64,000 bases of DNA from NCBI GenBank assembly GCA_951406725.2, contig OX597816.1, forward strand, positions 46,500,001-46,564,000, written 5' to 3'. The position numbers were made by a program, and so were the translations under genes. The notes beneath the pieces are model-generated. The model ran no database searches, was not told the origin of the DNA, and saw only the letters and a program-made list of their open reading frames with translations. Numbering within the stretch: position 1 is the stretch's first letter; each line of letters starts with the position of its first letter. Origin of the DNA: Octopus vulgaris (Eukaryota). Positions 13,017-26,988 of this stretch are shown piece after piece.

Positions 13017-13769
13017 TGGGCTAGTTATTATTTTTTTTCTACTATAGATAGCTCCGGGTCAACCAGTACTTTGTAAGTAAAATTGGTAGGCTGGACCAGT
13101 GTGAAAACTCGTCGTGTGTGTGTTTGCACATGTATCTCTATCTGTGTTTGTTACATACCCCAGCCACCGCTTGACAATTGGTGTTGATTTGCTTGTGTTC
13201 CCGTAACATATCGGTTCGGCAAATGGAGCCAACAGAATGAGAGCCGGTTTTAAAGTTTTAAAAAACAACATAAATACTGGAGTCGATTCGTTCAACTAAA
13301 AGCTTTTTAAGCAGTGCCCCAGCATGGCCGCAGTCCAAGGCCTGAAACAAGGAAAAGATAAAAACGAGATATTTATTATCTTCCCAATGGAATTAGCTTT
13401 ATAGGAATAGTCAAATGATATCAAATTGGAGTCGAAACCAGATATCGAACTCTGCACACCACGAGAACACCGTAAAGCATACCCGTCGCTAAGGAGTCGC
13501 ATTGGACGTCACTGCCCCCTTTACTATTCAATGGTGCACCCTCAGATTACAAAAATCTTCCCTCAATACGTTTCTTGAAGCCTAGCTAATTTTTCTTCTT
13601 AAACTAGAATGAAAAATCATTTCAAAACAATAAACCATTTGATTCAAAGGGACTGATCAAAAATTCCCCAGGGAAATAATAAAATAGAGGAAATGATACT
13701 GAATGAAAGAAAAAAAAGCAAAAAACGAAAAACAACGTCAACACACACACACACACACGAGAACATGTT

Positions 13770-13981
13770 CTTTTATCTTTTTTTTTTATTTGTTTCAGTC
13801 ATTTGACTGAGGCCATGCTGGAGCACCACCTTTAGTCGAGAAAATCGATCCCGGGACTTATTCTTTGTAAGCCTAGTACTTATTCTATCGGTCTCTCTTG
13901 CCAAACCGCTAAGTTACAGGGATGTAAACACACCAGCATCTTTTGTCAAGCGATATTGAGGGGACAAACACACACACACAA

Positions 13982-14021
<40 letters not shown>

Positions 14022-14184
14022 GATGGGCTTCTTTCAGTTTATGTCTACCAAATCCACTCACAAGGCTTTGGTAGGCCCGAGGCTATAGTAGAAGACACTT
14101 GCCCAAGGTGCCACGCAGTGGGAATGAACCCGGAACCTTGTGGTTGGTAAGCATGCCACGTACAACACAGCCACTCCTACGCCT
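13770..14184 (-). mobile_element. SINE family A
   Basis: Full-length homology to 3184-3588. Confidence 0.88.
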
Positions 14185-14431
14185 GTATTTATTAATTTTT
14201 TTTTACACTTTATCAATACTCTGCTTCTGATCTTATCTATACAAACATCTCTTCTTTATTTAACTTAAACCCTACCTTAAAACCTTAAGCAATACATCTT
14301 AACAAATTGCAAGTTTTGGGGTTGATAAAATAAGTACATATTGAACACGGGTCAATATAAGTAACTAGCCCCACCTCCCCTCCAACCTCTAAAATTTCAG
14401 GCTTGGTGCCAAAAGCTGTAAAGATTTTTTT

Positions 14432-14667
14432 AAGGCGGCGAGCTGGCAAAATCGTTAGCATGCCAGGCAAAATGCTCAGCGGTATTTCGTCTGCTGTTAC
14501 GTTCTGAGTTCAAATTCTGCTGAGGTCGACTTTGCCTTTCATCCTTTCGGGGTCGATAAATAAAGTACCAGTTATGCACTGGAGTCGATGTAATCGACTT
14601 AATCCCTTTGTCTGTCCTTGTTTGTCCCCTCTGTGTGTAGCCCCTTGTGGGCAATAAAGAAATAGGT
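14432..14667 (+). mobile_element. SINE family B (young subfamily) among older family B fragments
   Basis: Homology to 2048-2283. Confidence 0.88.
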
Positions 14668-15548
14668 ATTTCTTCTGGTTTTATGGTCTGAGTTAAAATG
14701 CTGCCGAGATCGACTTTGTCTGTCATTCTTTCGGAGTTGATAAAATAAATACGAAGTTAAGTATGGGCACCAATGTAATCAACTAGCCCCCTCCCCTAAA
14801 ATTTCAGGCCCTATGTCTATAAGTAGAACGATTCACTGTTGGTAGGCGATGGCTGATACACCTAAAAAAAGTGGTGTGTATTTTTTTCCTAACTCCATAA
14901 CACAACTGTCACTGTTGAGTCATGACTTATCCTTAGTACTCACTGCTTCTCAAATATGTTAACCAAATAATTGTTATGGTTCAGTGATTTTATTCTGACA
15001 GAAAGTGTTATGTGCTGTGGTGGGATAGCAAATCTACAGAAATTCCTTGCTAAATGAAGCATGTTACCATTCTTTTTTTTTTTTCTATTTTTCTTTTATA
15101 ATGAGATCAGATTAACAGTAGAGTCAAGATAAGTTTACTTTGGATTTTGGTTTATTCTTATTGTTTAGTACATGTTGAAAAGAATATTTTCTCTTTTCAG
15201 TCTGTTAACATTCAAATATATCAACAAGAAGAAAGAAATAGTAATAATGAAAGTAAATTTCATCATTTCAGTTCATGACTAAGTGGATAATAATATTAAG
15301 TGTGTTTAAGCGAAATAATTGATATGTGTGAAAATTGGTTTTCAAGTTCAATTAAGTCCCAATTTTGTTATATAAATATAAAGGTTTAATATTTTCTCAC
15401 GAACCTCATATCGCTATGAAATGGATGTCTTTTGTTTATTTAGTTTTTTTTTCGTTGCGGTTTGAGCATTCTAAGTTCAAATCCTGTACAAGTTGGTTTT
15501 GTTTTTCATCATTACGAAATCTATAAAATAAATGATGCAGCACGGATT

Positions 15549-15599
15549 TTTGTCAGTGAACAGGTCGCGGTCTTATAGCGACGAAAATATTTTGACAAA
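15549..15599 (+). ncRNA. Minimal hammerhead-like motif with variant core (G3:C8)
   Basis: TTTGTCA / GTGAACA / G / GTCGC-GGTCTTATA-GCGAC / GAAA / ATAT / TT / TGACAAA: 7-bp stem I, 5-bp stem II, palindromic minimal stem III. Appears to lie in a ~210-bp insertion (~15533-15745). Confidence 0.55.
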
Positions 15600-16871
15600 T
15601 TAAACTTAAATGTTGAAGTGAATCGAACGGCTTTTGTGTGTTTCTCAAATGGCTTACAAACACCTTCCACGCTGCAATTGTTTTCGTTTCAGCACATGAT
15701 CTCTGATCAAATCACTTGCTATGCAAGTACATCTCCATAAATAAAATAAATATCGACAAGTTTTATACTTTTATACAGTATTGGTAAACTTGTATCTTTT
15801 ATATTAATATACAGGTGCCTGTATTTCGTTTCATCATCTTTTATTTTTTACTCATTTCAGTAATAGTTCTATTACCAATACTGTACCGTGCAAGATACTA
15901 ACCCATGCAAGGTACTAACCTGTGCTATGTACCAGTAGACTAAAATGGCGGCTGCAGGAATTTGAAGTTCCAGCTCGTAACTTAGTGTGGACCACAAAAG
16001 GTTCCGGACCATCAATATCTGGAAGATTGGTCAAAGATTGAAGTCATAATACCAAAAATGACACTTCGAATGTTGTTTGATACCACTGTGCAATACCAGT
16101 ATAAGTCTTTATTCATTCATTCTTTCATTGAACCGTGGCCATGATGGAGCACTACTGTTAAGGGTTTAGTCTTCTTCATTCAATTTCCGCCTATAAAATA
16201 CACTCACAAGGTTTGGGCCAACAAGGCTATGGCAGAAGACGCATGTGCAATGGGACTGAACCTGAAACCATGTTGCCAAGAAGCAAATTTCTTACCACGC
16301 AATACACCTGTACCTGATTATTTAAGTAAATTTGATATTTGTTTAATAAAATATAATTACTCTTGGTTCGGAAAAATCAATGGATCTTTTCAATCTCGCC
16401 TTTCGAATCAAAGGTTCCGAAAAATTGATGTTGCACCTTTATATCTGAACAGTCAATTAACCACTTTGAGCCTTTTCTCTTTCGTTTGTCTGCAGACAGG
16501 TAACTTAATCTTTTGTTAGCTAATAATAATAGTAATAATAACCAGAGGAAATGTCTGCTAATCATTTGGTTAATGGTAGTAAATGGAAAACCTCTGAAGT
16601 TGTCAGTGAATGGAAATAGATTAATTAACTGGTGTCCATTCTATTGATTCTCTTTTCAATAACATTCCTTTATTCAATATATATAAGCGTGTTTGAGTGC
16701 GTGTGTATTAATTTGTATATGTGTGTGCATGTGTGAATACATAAATACGTACATATATATGTATATATGTATGTATCTATGCATATATGCGTTTATGTAA
16801 ACATACATATATATGCGCATGTATGTATGTATATATATGTATGTATGTATGTATGTATAATTATATATATA

Positions 16872-17264
16872 TCTTTATATATAAAAGTGAAGTTGTGTGT
16901 CTGTCTCCTACGATTTAGATTCCTAACTACTCCCACATTTTGCAGTGCAGTTTAACCAAAACCGGGTATCTTATAGTCGTGATTCATATCGAGCCCTTCT
17001 GGGTATTAGCGCGTGTCTACGATGAGTCTACGATTTAAAAAAAAAATTACCATCAATTTTTCCCATTTTTAATGCATTTTTGGCATATATAAGGGAAGTA
17101 ACTCTCTAAAAATTTATTATTAAATCTCAGAATGTAAAAAGCTACAGTAACACCCCCCCCTTGTGGTTAGCCATATTGAGATGGCTATTATACTTTACAT
17201 CTCTAAAAATGCTTATATAGTTATTTCCCTTACAAACCCGAGCAACGCCGGGCGATACTGCTAG
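16872..17264 (+). mobile_element. Non-autonomous Helitron
   Basis: 5' TC, 3' hairpin CCCGAGCAACGCCGGG followed by CTAG, inserted between A and T, no TSD. Confidence 0.8.
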
Positions 17265-17292
17265 TATAATATATATATATATATAATATATA

Positions 17293-17640
17293 TGAGTGGT
17301 TGTGTGTTAAGTAGCTTGCTTGCCAACCACATAGTTCCGGGTTCAGTTCCACTGCAAGTGTCTTCTACTATAGCCTCAGGCAGACCAAAGCCTTGTGAGT
17401 GGATACGGTAGACGGTAACTGAAAGAAGCCCGTCATATATATATATATAGATGTGTTTGTGTGTCGGTGTTTGTCCCCCCACCATTGCTTGACAATCGAT
17501 GTGTGTTTACGTCCCTGTGACTTAGCGGTTTGGCAAAAGAGACTGATAGAATAAGTACTAGGCTCACAAAGATTTGTTCGACTAAAAGCGGTTCTCCAGC
17601 ATGGCTGCAGTCAAATGACCGAAACAAATAAAAGAATACA
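17293..17640 (+). mobile_element. SINE family A
   Basis: Homology to family A with small deletions. Confidence 0.85.
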
Positions 17641-17730
17641 TGTGTATATATATATATGTGTGTGTGTGTATACGTTTATATATAATATGTATATACATAC
17701 ATATGCATATATATAAATATATATATATGC

Positions 17731-17768
<38 letters not shown>

Positions 17769-20549
17769 TCACATGTACATACATAATCATACACATATAC
17801 CACACAACTATTTTTTGATTATTCATTCATTAACACTTTTAATAAACGATCTTAATATATGTGTTAACGAAGGTAAGGAGTGTAATGAGAGTAATAAGAG
17901 GCAGCAGCAATAAGGAAAATTACTGAATGGTAAAGGTGGGGGGGAGGGGCAAATTGTCCAGAGAGGTCAGACATGCATTCAGATACATCACGGTTATAAG
18001 TGCAAAGACATTGTTCTTGCTAATCGTAAAAATATGAAAAGTGATGAATAAAAATGTAAACGAAGTAGAAGAATAACTTTATACAATACATTGTTATTTC
18101 TAAGCATATTCATTTGTGGTGATGGGGAGGGGGGGTTACATTTTACTCTCTCTTTTTTTCCGTATCTGATTTTGGTGAAATGTGGGCGAAAATGCACCAT
18201 TTTCCTTTCCACCACCACCACCCCCGGTCTAAGTTTTGTTAAGTAAACAAAAATAACAATAGCATTTTTCTTTTTTTTTCTTTTCTTTCTTTTTTTTTTT
18301 TTTGTTTGGATCGATAAACTGCAACTGGCAGAAGTTATGTACTAAAAAGAACTATAGAATTTAGTCATTCCCTACAACCAACAAATTGAATGCGTTGGTT
18401 GGAGAGAAAAAGGTGAGTTGCTTAACTCACCCACTCCTACCCTCGAAACACTCACCTCCACCACCAACCTCAACTCGGCCCTGATTGAGCAGCAGACTTT
18501 TAATGAATGATACTCGAACTCTGAGCTGCCAGATTTTTTTTTTTTTTTTTTACTAGATATCATGTACTCTGGAGGGTCTATATCATCTAGCTGGTAATCC
18601 ACAACCCAAAGAGTTGAAGCATTGAGCTGTGTCGGCTAAATTCTGATGTAATAAAAGAAAAGAAAATAGAAATAAAACGATAAATGTCAGTAGAGTTACT
18701 GTATAATGGCCGTGAATGGGAACGAAAATGTTTCGAATCCCCAGAGTGAAAACATTATGAATCCTTTTAAATTTTTTCTCACAGTCAGATTTTTTTTTAA
18801 ATAAAAAATTTCTACTCATATAACTTTGGTAGCTGATGATGGAAATCACATTCATTTTTTTTTTTATAGAAATTTATAATCCTTTCTGCTATAGGATTAA
18901 TAATTTGGTGGGGAGGAGCTAATCGACCCCAGTATTTCACTGGTACTTAATTTAGCGATCCGAATGGATGAAAAGCAAAGTCGAACTCGGTAGAATTTGA
19001 ACTCAGAACGTGAAGGCAGACGAAATGCCGCTAAGCATTTTGCCTAGTGTGCTAACAATTCTGCCAGCTCGCCACCTTTTTTCTAAGAATTAATAATAAA
19101 AAAAAGTTACAAACCTTTAAAGGTGTGTAATTTTAGCCAATCATAAACCGCCATTGCTGACATGCCGGAACTCACAGTTGCCTGTTTTCATGGGAACAGC
19201 CTTAACATTATAAATTATAACTGAATTAATTACAAAGGCAGCGAGCTGGTGGAATCGTTCACATGCTGGGGAAAATACTTAGAGGCATTTCGTCCGTCTT
19301 TACGTTCTTAGCTCAAATTCCACCGAGGTCGACTTTGCTTTTCATTGTCTCAGGGTCAATAAAGCAAGTACCAGTTGAATACTGGGATCGGTGTAATCGA
19401 CTTGCTCATCATCATGTAGCATCCGCTTTCCATGCTAGCATGGGTTGGACGGTTCAACTGGGGTCTGGGAAGCCAGAAGGCTGCACCAGGCCCAGTCTGA
19501 TCTGGCAATGTTTCTACGGCTGGATGCCCTTCCTAACGCCAACCACTCCGTGAGTGTAGTGGGTGCTTTTTACGTGCCACCGGCAAAATTGCTGGTCTTG
19601 TGCCAAAATATGAAACCAGTGTTTAATGAAATGCAACTAAAATGTTATGCAGCCTTAAACAGGAATAAAGGCAAATCAACATCGCAATTTTACAATATCT
19701 AACATGTCTTTCAGACCCACTTTTTTTTTAAGAGGTAGGATATGATCCGAGGGAGATGAGGGAAATATTCGTCAAATATCCTTCGAATCACCACCTCAGG
19801 ATATGAGATAAGGAAGGACAAAAATACCCCTAATAACGCCTTTAAAAAGGACGAGATGATATAGCTGGAATGCCTTTCGTCATAGATTTACTGGATCAGG
19901 AGTGATTTGAATCCTAACAACATTATAACCAACACTTAATTTGTCGGGAACACATGTTCAGTTGTGTATTGGTTCATTGAGCTTCTATAGAACTGATGAT
20001 CATGGAAGTGACAGTGGTGGTGGTGGTGGTGGTAAGGGGTTACATATGGCAATGGTGGATGATGTTTAACCTAAAACTAAAATTTTCTATTGTTCTCGTC
20101 ACACACGTGTTTTCTGTGCCAAGGTTTATCTGGTTAAATCAAAGAGGTTAATCTTTCCAAGACAATAACACGATTATAACATCCAGATAACCTGATAATT
20201 TGTTCTTTTTAGCTGCCTTTTGTCAATAAGTGTATGCATATATACATTCATACATACATACATACATACACACATAAGAGGCACGTGTACATATATGGAT
20301 GGATGGATAGAGGCAAAAATGGGGAAAACAGAGAGATAGAGATGTATAGTTATAATGAAATAAAAGATGGACAGGTGATTGTTAGTGACATCAAAGCATT
20401 TACAAATTAGTTTCCTTATCGTTTGAAGTTGGATTTTAGCTATTTGATCTGGTCTGAGTATTAATCTGTCTGTATCTCTTATAAGTTTTTTTTTTTTAAT
20501 GTTTCTTACCCGTTATGTAGTGTATGTGTGAGTACATATACACATACAT

Positions 20550-20584
<35 letters not shown>

Positions 20585-20837
20585 TAAATTAGGCTTCTTA
20601 GAACTAGAAAAGAGGAGGAGGAAATTGATCAGAAGACGACAGATCCAACCCATCACTAGAACTGCAACAATTTGTAGAACTTTCCAGAAGTTTACAATTT
20701 AAGAATATATGATCACGTCTAGACATGCAACTATATTCATAGGAATACCTCATGAAATAAAACAAAAATATGCACATGTACTGACTCCAAATACTGCACG
20801 CATTACACACGTACATGTAAAAGCAGCCTGTTGATGT

Positions 20838-21190
20838 TCTCTTTTACTCTTTTACTTGTTTCAGTCATTTGACTGTGACCATGCTGGAGCACCACCTTTA
20901 GTCAAGCAAATTGACCCCAGGACTTATTCTTTGGGAGCCTAGTACTTATTCTATTGGTCCCTTTTGCCAAACCGCTAAGTTATGGGGATGTAAACACACC
21001 AACATCGGTTGTCAAGTGATGTTGGGGGACAAACACAGACACACAAACACACAAACACATATATATATACATATATACGACGGGATTCTTTCAGTTTCCT
21101 TCTACCAAATCCACTCACAAGGCTTTGGTCAGCCCGAGGCTATAGTAGAAGACACTTGCCCAAGGTGCCATGCAGGAATGAACCCGGAAC
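20838..21190 (-). mobile_element. SINE family A (5'-truncated)
   Basis: Homology to family A. Confidence 0.85.
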
Positions 21191-21429
21191 CAAAATTATC
21201 CATTTTTCATTTCATGTCATTCAGTTTCACCCCATGAAGTGTGAGAGAAGGAAATCTTGTGAGACTGTCTTGTAAAGCTTTACTGCCAGTGCTCCGATTA
21301 TTAATGAGAATACTTTTGACATATGAATGAATGAAATAAGATATCTTCCTAAATAATTAATTTCACTTTGATAGCTTCTGCTTCGACAAAGTAAGATCAG
21401 AGAGTATAAGCTAATTTTGAAAATAAAAA

Positions 21430-21608
21430 AAAGTGTAGGTGGTGTACATTTTTTTATCAGTGAGATAATTATTTATACACAATGTAGGTATACACACACA
21501 CACATACAGACGCACACACCTAAACTGCTGACACATTTCCAAACACACCTCCATACATTTTCTCTGAGCTAGCCTAAATACTTAAAAGTATGCATCGTCT
21601 GGGATGAT

Positions 21609-21642
<34 letters not shown>

Positions 21643-21709
21643 ATACATTGTGTATAAATAATTATCTCTATCACTGGTAAAAAAAAAAATAGCACACCAC
21701 CTACACTTT
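21430..21709. mobile_element. Foldback/MITE-like inverted repeat
   Basis: ~70-bp imperfect arms AAAGTGTAGGTGGTGT...ACACAC / GTGTGT...ACACCACCTACACTTT. Confidence 0.65.
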
Positions 21710-22759
21710 GTGTGTGTATGCGTATGTTTGTGTGTGCGTGCATGTGTCTGTGTTCATCGAGCTAGTTAAAATATTGTCAGGACGAATATATTATATTTAT
21801 ATCAGTATATTCCATATCTTATCATGAAGGTTTCTGCTCCATTACTAATTGCTGTTTTTCTCCTGGTACAAACTAGTCCTTAGCCTTAGAACCTTCAGTC
21901 CTCTACATATCAACCACCCTGAGGGCATGCAAAAGCAGAGCGAAGCGAGAAGCGAGCACCATCTCGTTGAAATAATATTTTCTTTTTGTGCTAACATGGG
22001 AGCCTCTACGTGGGTGCTCGACCTGCTACAAAGTGCTGTTAAATCCTTCTCATCAGTTGTCAAGCGATGGTGGCAGGGGGACAAACACAGACACACAAAC
22101 ATATACATATATATATATATACAACAAGCTTCTTTCAGTTTCCGTCTACCAAATCCACTCACAAGGCTTTGGTCGGCCCGAGGCTATAGTAGAAGACACT
22201 GAACCCCGAACCATGCAGTTGGTAAGCAAGCTACTTACCACACAGCCACTCCTACACCCATAAAAAGGTAGGCATCCCCGTGCTAGGAATTGAACCCGGG
22301 CTGCCTGGATGAAAACAAATTAACATTTACAATAAAATTTTGCTCTGCATTACAAACCTTTGCTCTAACTCTAACCCCATGATACCTTCATGGTTTGCTA
22401 TGGCAAAATATAACTTGCGCATTGCAAGTGTCTGTCAGATGGAACAAATCTGATTGACGACAATTATTGTCTCAAAAACAAGCATGGGTTTCCATAATAT
22501 TAAGAACAGATAAATCTGACTGGCTAAAATTTCAGTCTTTACAGTTTTGTAACTTTTTTTTGTGGTAAATCTCTCATAAATAATTATGATTATGGTATTT
22601 GGTATGCAAAACTACATCTGTGTTGATAATTTTAATAAAATCAGATCATGTGTACCAAGTTGAAACGCTCTGTCTATTCTAGTAGCTACCAATCTGGATT
22701 CATGAATATTTTATCAGGGTTCAGAAAGAGAAGGAGTTTTAACAGGATTATTCAGTAAT

Positions 22760-22922
22760 AGGTGCAGGAGTGGATGTATGGTAACTAGCTTGCTTACCAA
22801 CCACATAGTTCCGTGTTCAGTCCCACTATGTGGCACTTTGGGCAAGTGTCTTCTACTATAGCTTCGGGCCGACCAAAGCCTTGTGAGTGGATTTGGTAGA
22901 CGGAAACTGAAAGAAGCCCGCC

Positions 22923-22994
<72 letters not shown>

Positions 22995-23204
22995 GTGTTT
23001 GTGTGTCTGTGTTTGTCCCCCCAACATCACTTGACAACCGATGCTGGTGTGTTTACATCCCTGTAACTTAGTAGTTCAGCAAAAAAGACTGATAGAATAA
23101 GTACTAGGCTTCCAAAGAATAAGTCCTGAGGTCGATTTGCTTAACTAAAAGTGGTGCTCCAGCATGGCCACAGTCAAATGACTGAAACAAGTAAAAGAGT
23201 AAAG
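22760..23204 (+). mobile_element. SINE family A (further copies at ~22055-22260 and ~23238-23600, minus strand)
   Basis: Full-length homology to family A. Confidence 0.88.
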
Positions 23205-23406
23205 TTTGACACAAAAGTTTTATCAAAATAGATATTATCTTTTATCTTTTTCAGTCATCTGACTGTGGCCATGCTGGTACACCCCATTGTGGGGTTTAGT
23301 TAAACAAATTGACCCACACAGTGCCTGTTTTTTTTTTTTACTAAATTCTAACAAACCAACCATTGGTTGTCAAGCAGTGGTGGGGGACAAACACAGACAT
23401 GCACAC

Positions 23407-23442
<36 letters not shown>

Positions 23443-23902
23443 ACTGTTTTAGTTTCCTTCTACCAAATCCACTCACAAGACTTTGATCGGTCTGGGGCTA
23501 TGGTAGAAGACACTTTGACCAAGGTGCCAAAAAGTGAGACTGAACCCAGATCCATGTGGTTGGAAGGCAAACTTCTTACCACATGGCCACCCCAACACCT
23601 AGTTAATATTAATGTTCATGTTACAATAACTAAAAATTTGATTCAGAGGAAAATTAATTTTACAAACAATGTCAGACCTTTTCTGCTCCCTGGAGATCGT
23701 TAGGTAAAAAGACTACAACTAAAAGAATAATGTAATGAGACATGGCTATGTTGAAAATATAGAATAAGAATTTTGTTCCTATTAATTTTCATTATCAATT
23801 TACAGTGCACTATTTTAAATAATCTAAAATTTTATTTTTATCAGTCTATACTTTAAAATGTAGTAAATTTCTATTGCTGCACAGCGACAATTTCATCTCA
23901 AT

Positions 23903-24127
23903 CAAAGGAGAGGGGCTTTCTCCATCCGGGTTGCGGATCCGTGGAATAAGCTGCCGGACGAGATAGCGAAGATGCCGACGACCGCTCGGTTCAAAGTCTC
24001 TCTTGACCAGAAATGACCTGAACTCTTTTCATGAACACCCTCCTTGTACATAACTCCATGTCCCCCTACATGGCCTTGCTTTTTTGCTTTTTGAGCCAAA
24101 AAATTAACTTAACTTTAACTTAACTAA
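23903..24127 (+). mobile_element. CR1-type LINE 3' end
   Basis: Translates RRGAFSIRVADPWNKLPDEIAKMPTTARFKVSLDQK*, the CR1 C-terminal FS.RV...WN.LP...FK..LD motif, followed by a short UTR and a (TAACT)n tail. Confidence 0.8.
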
Positions 24128-24862
24128 TAATTTTCTATTTCCAAGGAAATTTGTTGTCAGTTTAAAGTTTGCTTTTATTGAACAAAGACAATAATAAAAA
24201 TATTCTTTCTATAAATATTAGCTTTAATTCAGCAGATAGTCAAAAATCTTTTGGGGCACGATGTGGGTGAGGAATTGAACTTTCTTATGACCACTTTGCC
24301 GATTGGCCAATTATGGGAATAACATACACTATTTAGCACTATATTTCAGCAATGATGTGCTCAATTTATCTTTTGGTGGGACCAGAACAGCCTAATTCAT
24401 AATTTGGGTTCCAGGCCAACAAAACTGGTAATCACAATTCACACAAAGACTCAATCAGAATCACACCTTTGGCAGTCTCCCCTGATTTTTCTATTCATCC
24501 ATCATACATCATACTATTCTGTAATAAACAGCACAATAAGACAAAGAGCTGGTGATCTGTGTGAAAACATAAAAGTGCAAGTCATGTACAAGTTACAGAA
24601 TGTACCATTGCTAGGGTTTACAAATGAATGAAAACACCAACATAAGAAATTATGCAAAGCTTCTTTTGTTACGTGATATTTTTCTGATATTTCTGATGAC
24701 ATACAGAATATAGGAGAATATGATCTTTGTTGTATTAATATTGAAGAGAAAACCACTGGAGGGGGTTATTTTCAATAACACTGAAGATTTCATTGTTAAA
24801 ACTAAAATCCCCTGAAATTAATGTGCTTACTATGACACTTCAGGATCATAACCTCTGCAGGC

Positions 24863-25087
24863 TCTCTCTCTTTTACTCTTTTACTCTTTTACTTGTTTCA
24901 GTCATTTGACTGCGGCCATGCTGGAGCACCGCCTTTAGTCGAGCAAATCGACCCCGGGACTTATTCTTTGTAAGCCCAGTACTTATTCTATCGGTCTCTT
25001 TTGCCGAACCGCTAAGTGACGGGAACGTAAACACACCAGCATCGGTTGTCAAGCAATGCTAGGGGGACAAACAGACACACAAACACG

Positions 25088-25123
<36 letters not shown>

Positions 25124-25286
25124 CGACGTGCTTCTTTCAGTTTCCGTCTACCAAATCCACTCACAAGGCATTGGTCAGCCTGGGGCTATAGCAGAAGACA
25201 TTTGCCCAAGATGCCACGCAGTGGGACTGAACCCAGAACCATGTGGTTGGTTAGCAAGCTACTTACCACACAGCCACTCCTGCACC
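24863..25286 (-). mobile_element. SINE family A (young)
   Basis: Full-length, CpG-intact copy. Confidence 0.9.
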
Positions 25287-25647
25287 TTGACAAAAAAAAA
25301 AAAAAAAAAACGGAAATTATAAATACATGTAAAATGGCTCAATAGGAAATCAACTAAGTGTGAAAGTTGTGCATTGAATATATAAACAACACTTTGAAGC
25401 AGATATTACAAATGAATATATATATATATATATATATATTCATTTAAGCAGATATTACAAATGAACATAAGACTGCTTAAATGCAAGAAAGTATACTAGT
25501 CCCTTAATATTTGATATTCAATATTTCATCTATTCAATAAGACAATACTTCATTTCATTTTACTATATATACTATATATTCTATATTCTACATTAATATT
25601 ATAAAGAATATAAATAAAACAAAAAACAGACAGAGTTGGAATTCCTT

Positions 25648-25700
<53 letters not shown>

Positions 25701-26315
25701 TTATATATATACATATATATATATATATATTCAGTATTTACAAATCATTATAGATACCCACAATCTTTAAAAATATGTTAAACTGATACTGTCCACTTAA
25801 AATAATAATACAAAAATCTTATAAACACTCATTTATAAAGTCAAGTTAAAGAGCAACCCCTTGTAATGATGATGTAACAGAGATCTTAAGAGAATGAAGC
25901 TTTTAGTTCAAAAATTACTTAAAGAAAAAAAATTGTAGCAGGAACAAACAGCTGATCATGTACATTAGTAAAGACAAAGGAAAGTGAAAAACGTTTAATA
26001 AATTTTATGATATAACGGAGAAGGGTATGGCTATGTGATGAAGAAATTCATTTTACAACCATATAATTTTGGGTTCACTCCCATTACTGTATGACACTTT
26101 GGGCAAGTATTTTCTACAATATCCCTGGGCAGTTATGTCACCCTCCTACAAAACTTGTAAAATTAATTACAGACAAAAGACAGGGTTTGATATAATCAAC
26201 TAAAATTCCTTGAAAGTGGTGTCCCAGCCTGGTTACAGTCTAATGACAGAAACAGGTCAAAGAATAAAGCTATATGAATGTCTCTAAAGAATTATATGGA
26301 TACAAATTCTGTTTT

Positions 26316-26988
26316 CAATAATAAATCTCTGGACGAGATGTAAACAGTAAGTGCACGACAACGTAAAGTATACTAGCCATCTCAATATGACTAACCACTA
26401 AGGGTGGGTGTTACTGTAGCTTGTAGCCCCAGGAGATCATCATCTCTAGCTGGCTTTAGGCACACTTTCTGTGCCCTTATGGTATCTGCAAAGGGAGGTC
26501 ATCCCTCTCTCATCAACCTAAGTGATACGCACAGACTGCAGTTTCTAGGTATTTGCCTGTCTTCGACGTATGGCAATCACCGGTTTTCCATGAAGGGAGA
26601 CCGTTTGCAAATACTTATTTATTGTTTTTCCAGTAACTTCCGTCACTGATTTCGAAAAACTGTCCGCAAGCAATAATAAATCTGAGACAGTTTTTCGAAA
26701 TCAGTGACGGAAGTTACTGGAAAAACAATAAATAAGTATTTGCAAACGGTCTCCCTTCATGGAAAACCGGTGATTGCCATACGCCGAAGACAGGCAAATA
26801 CCTAGAAACTGCAGTCCGTGCATATCACTTAGGTTGACAAGAGAGGGATGACCTCCCTTTGCAAATACCATAAGGGCACAGAAAGTGTGCCTAAAGCCAG
26901 CTGGAGACGATGATCTCCTGGGGCTACAAGCTACAGTAACACCCACCCTTAGTGGTTAGCCATATTGAGATGGCTAGTATACTTTAAG
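26316..26988. mobile_element. Inverted dimer of a TIR element forming a 301-bp-arm palindrome
   Basis: Arms 26364-26664 and 26686-26986 are near-identical reverse complements (mirror ORFs in the track). CAATAATAAATCT at 26316 and 26671; TTCTGTTTT at 26307-15 and 26989-97. Confidence 0.8.

Noticed and set aside
22271-22316. tRNA-Glu-like sequence on the minus strand
   Set aside because: Only a degenerate 3' half (anticodon and T arms); no D arm or acceptor pairing, so probably a SINE or pseudogene fragment.
26404-26946. Two nearly identical 81-aa ORFs on opposite strands
   Set aside because: A consequence of the DNA palindrome; GTG starts and no protein features.
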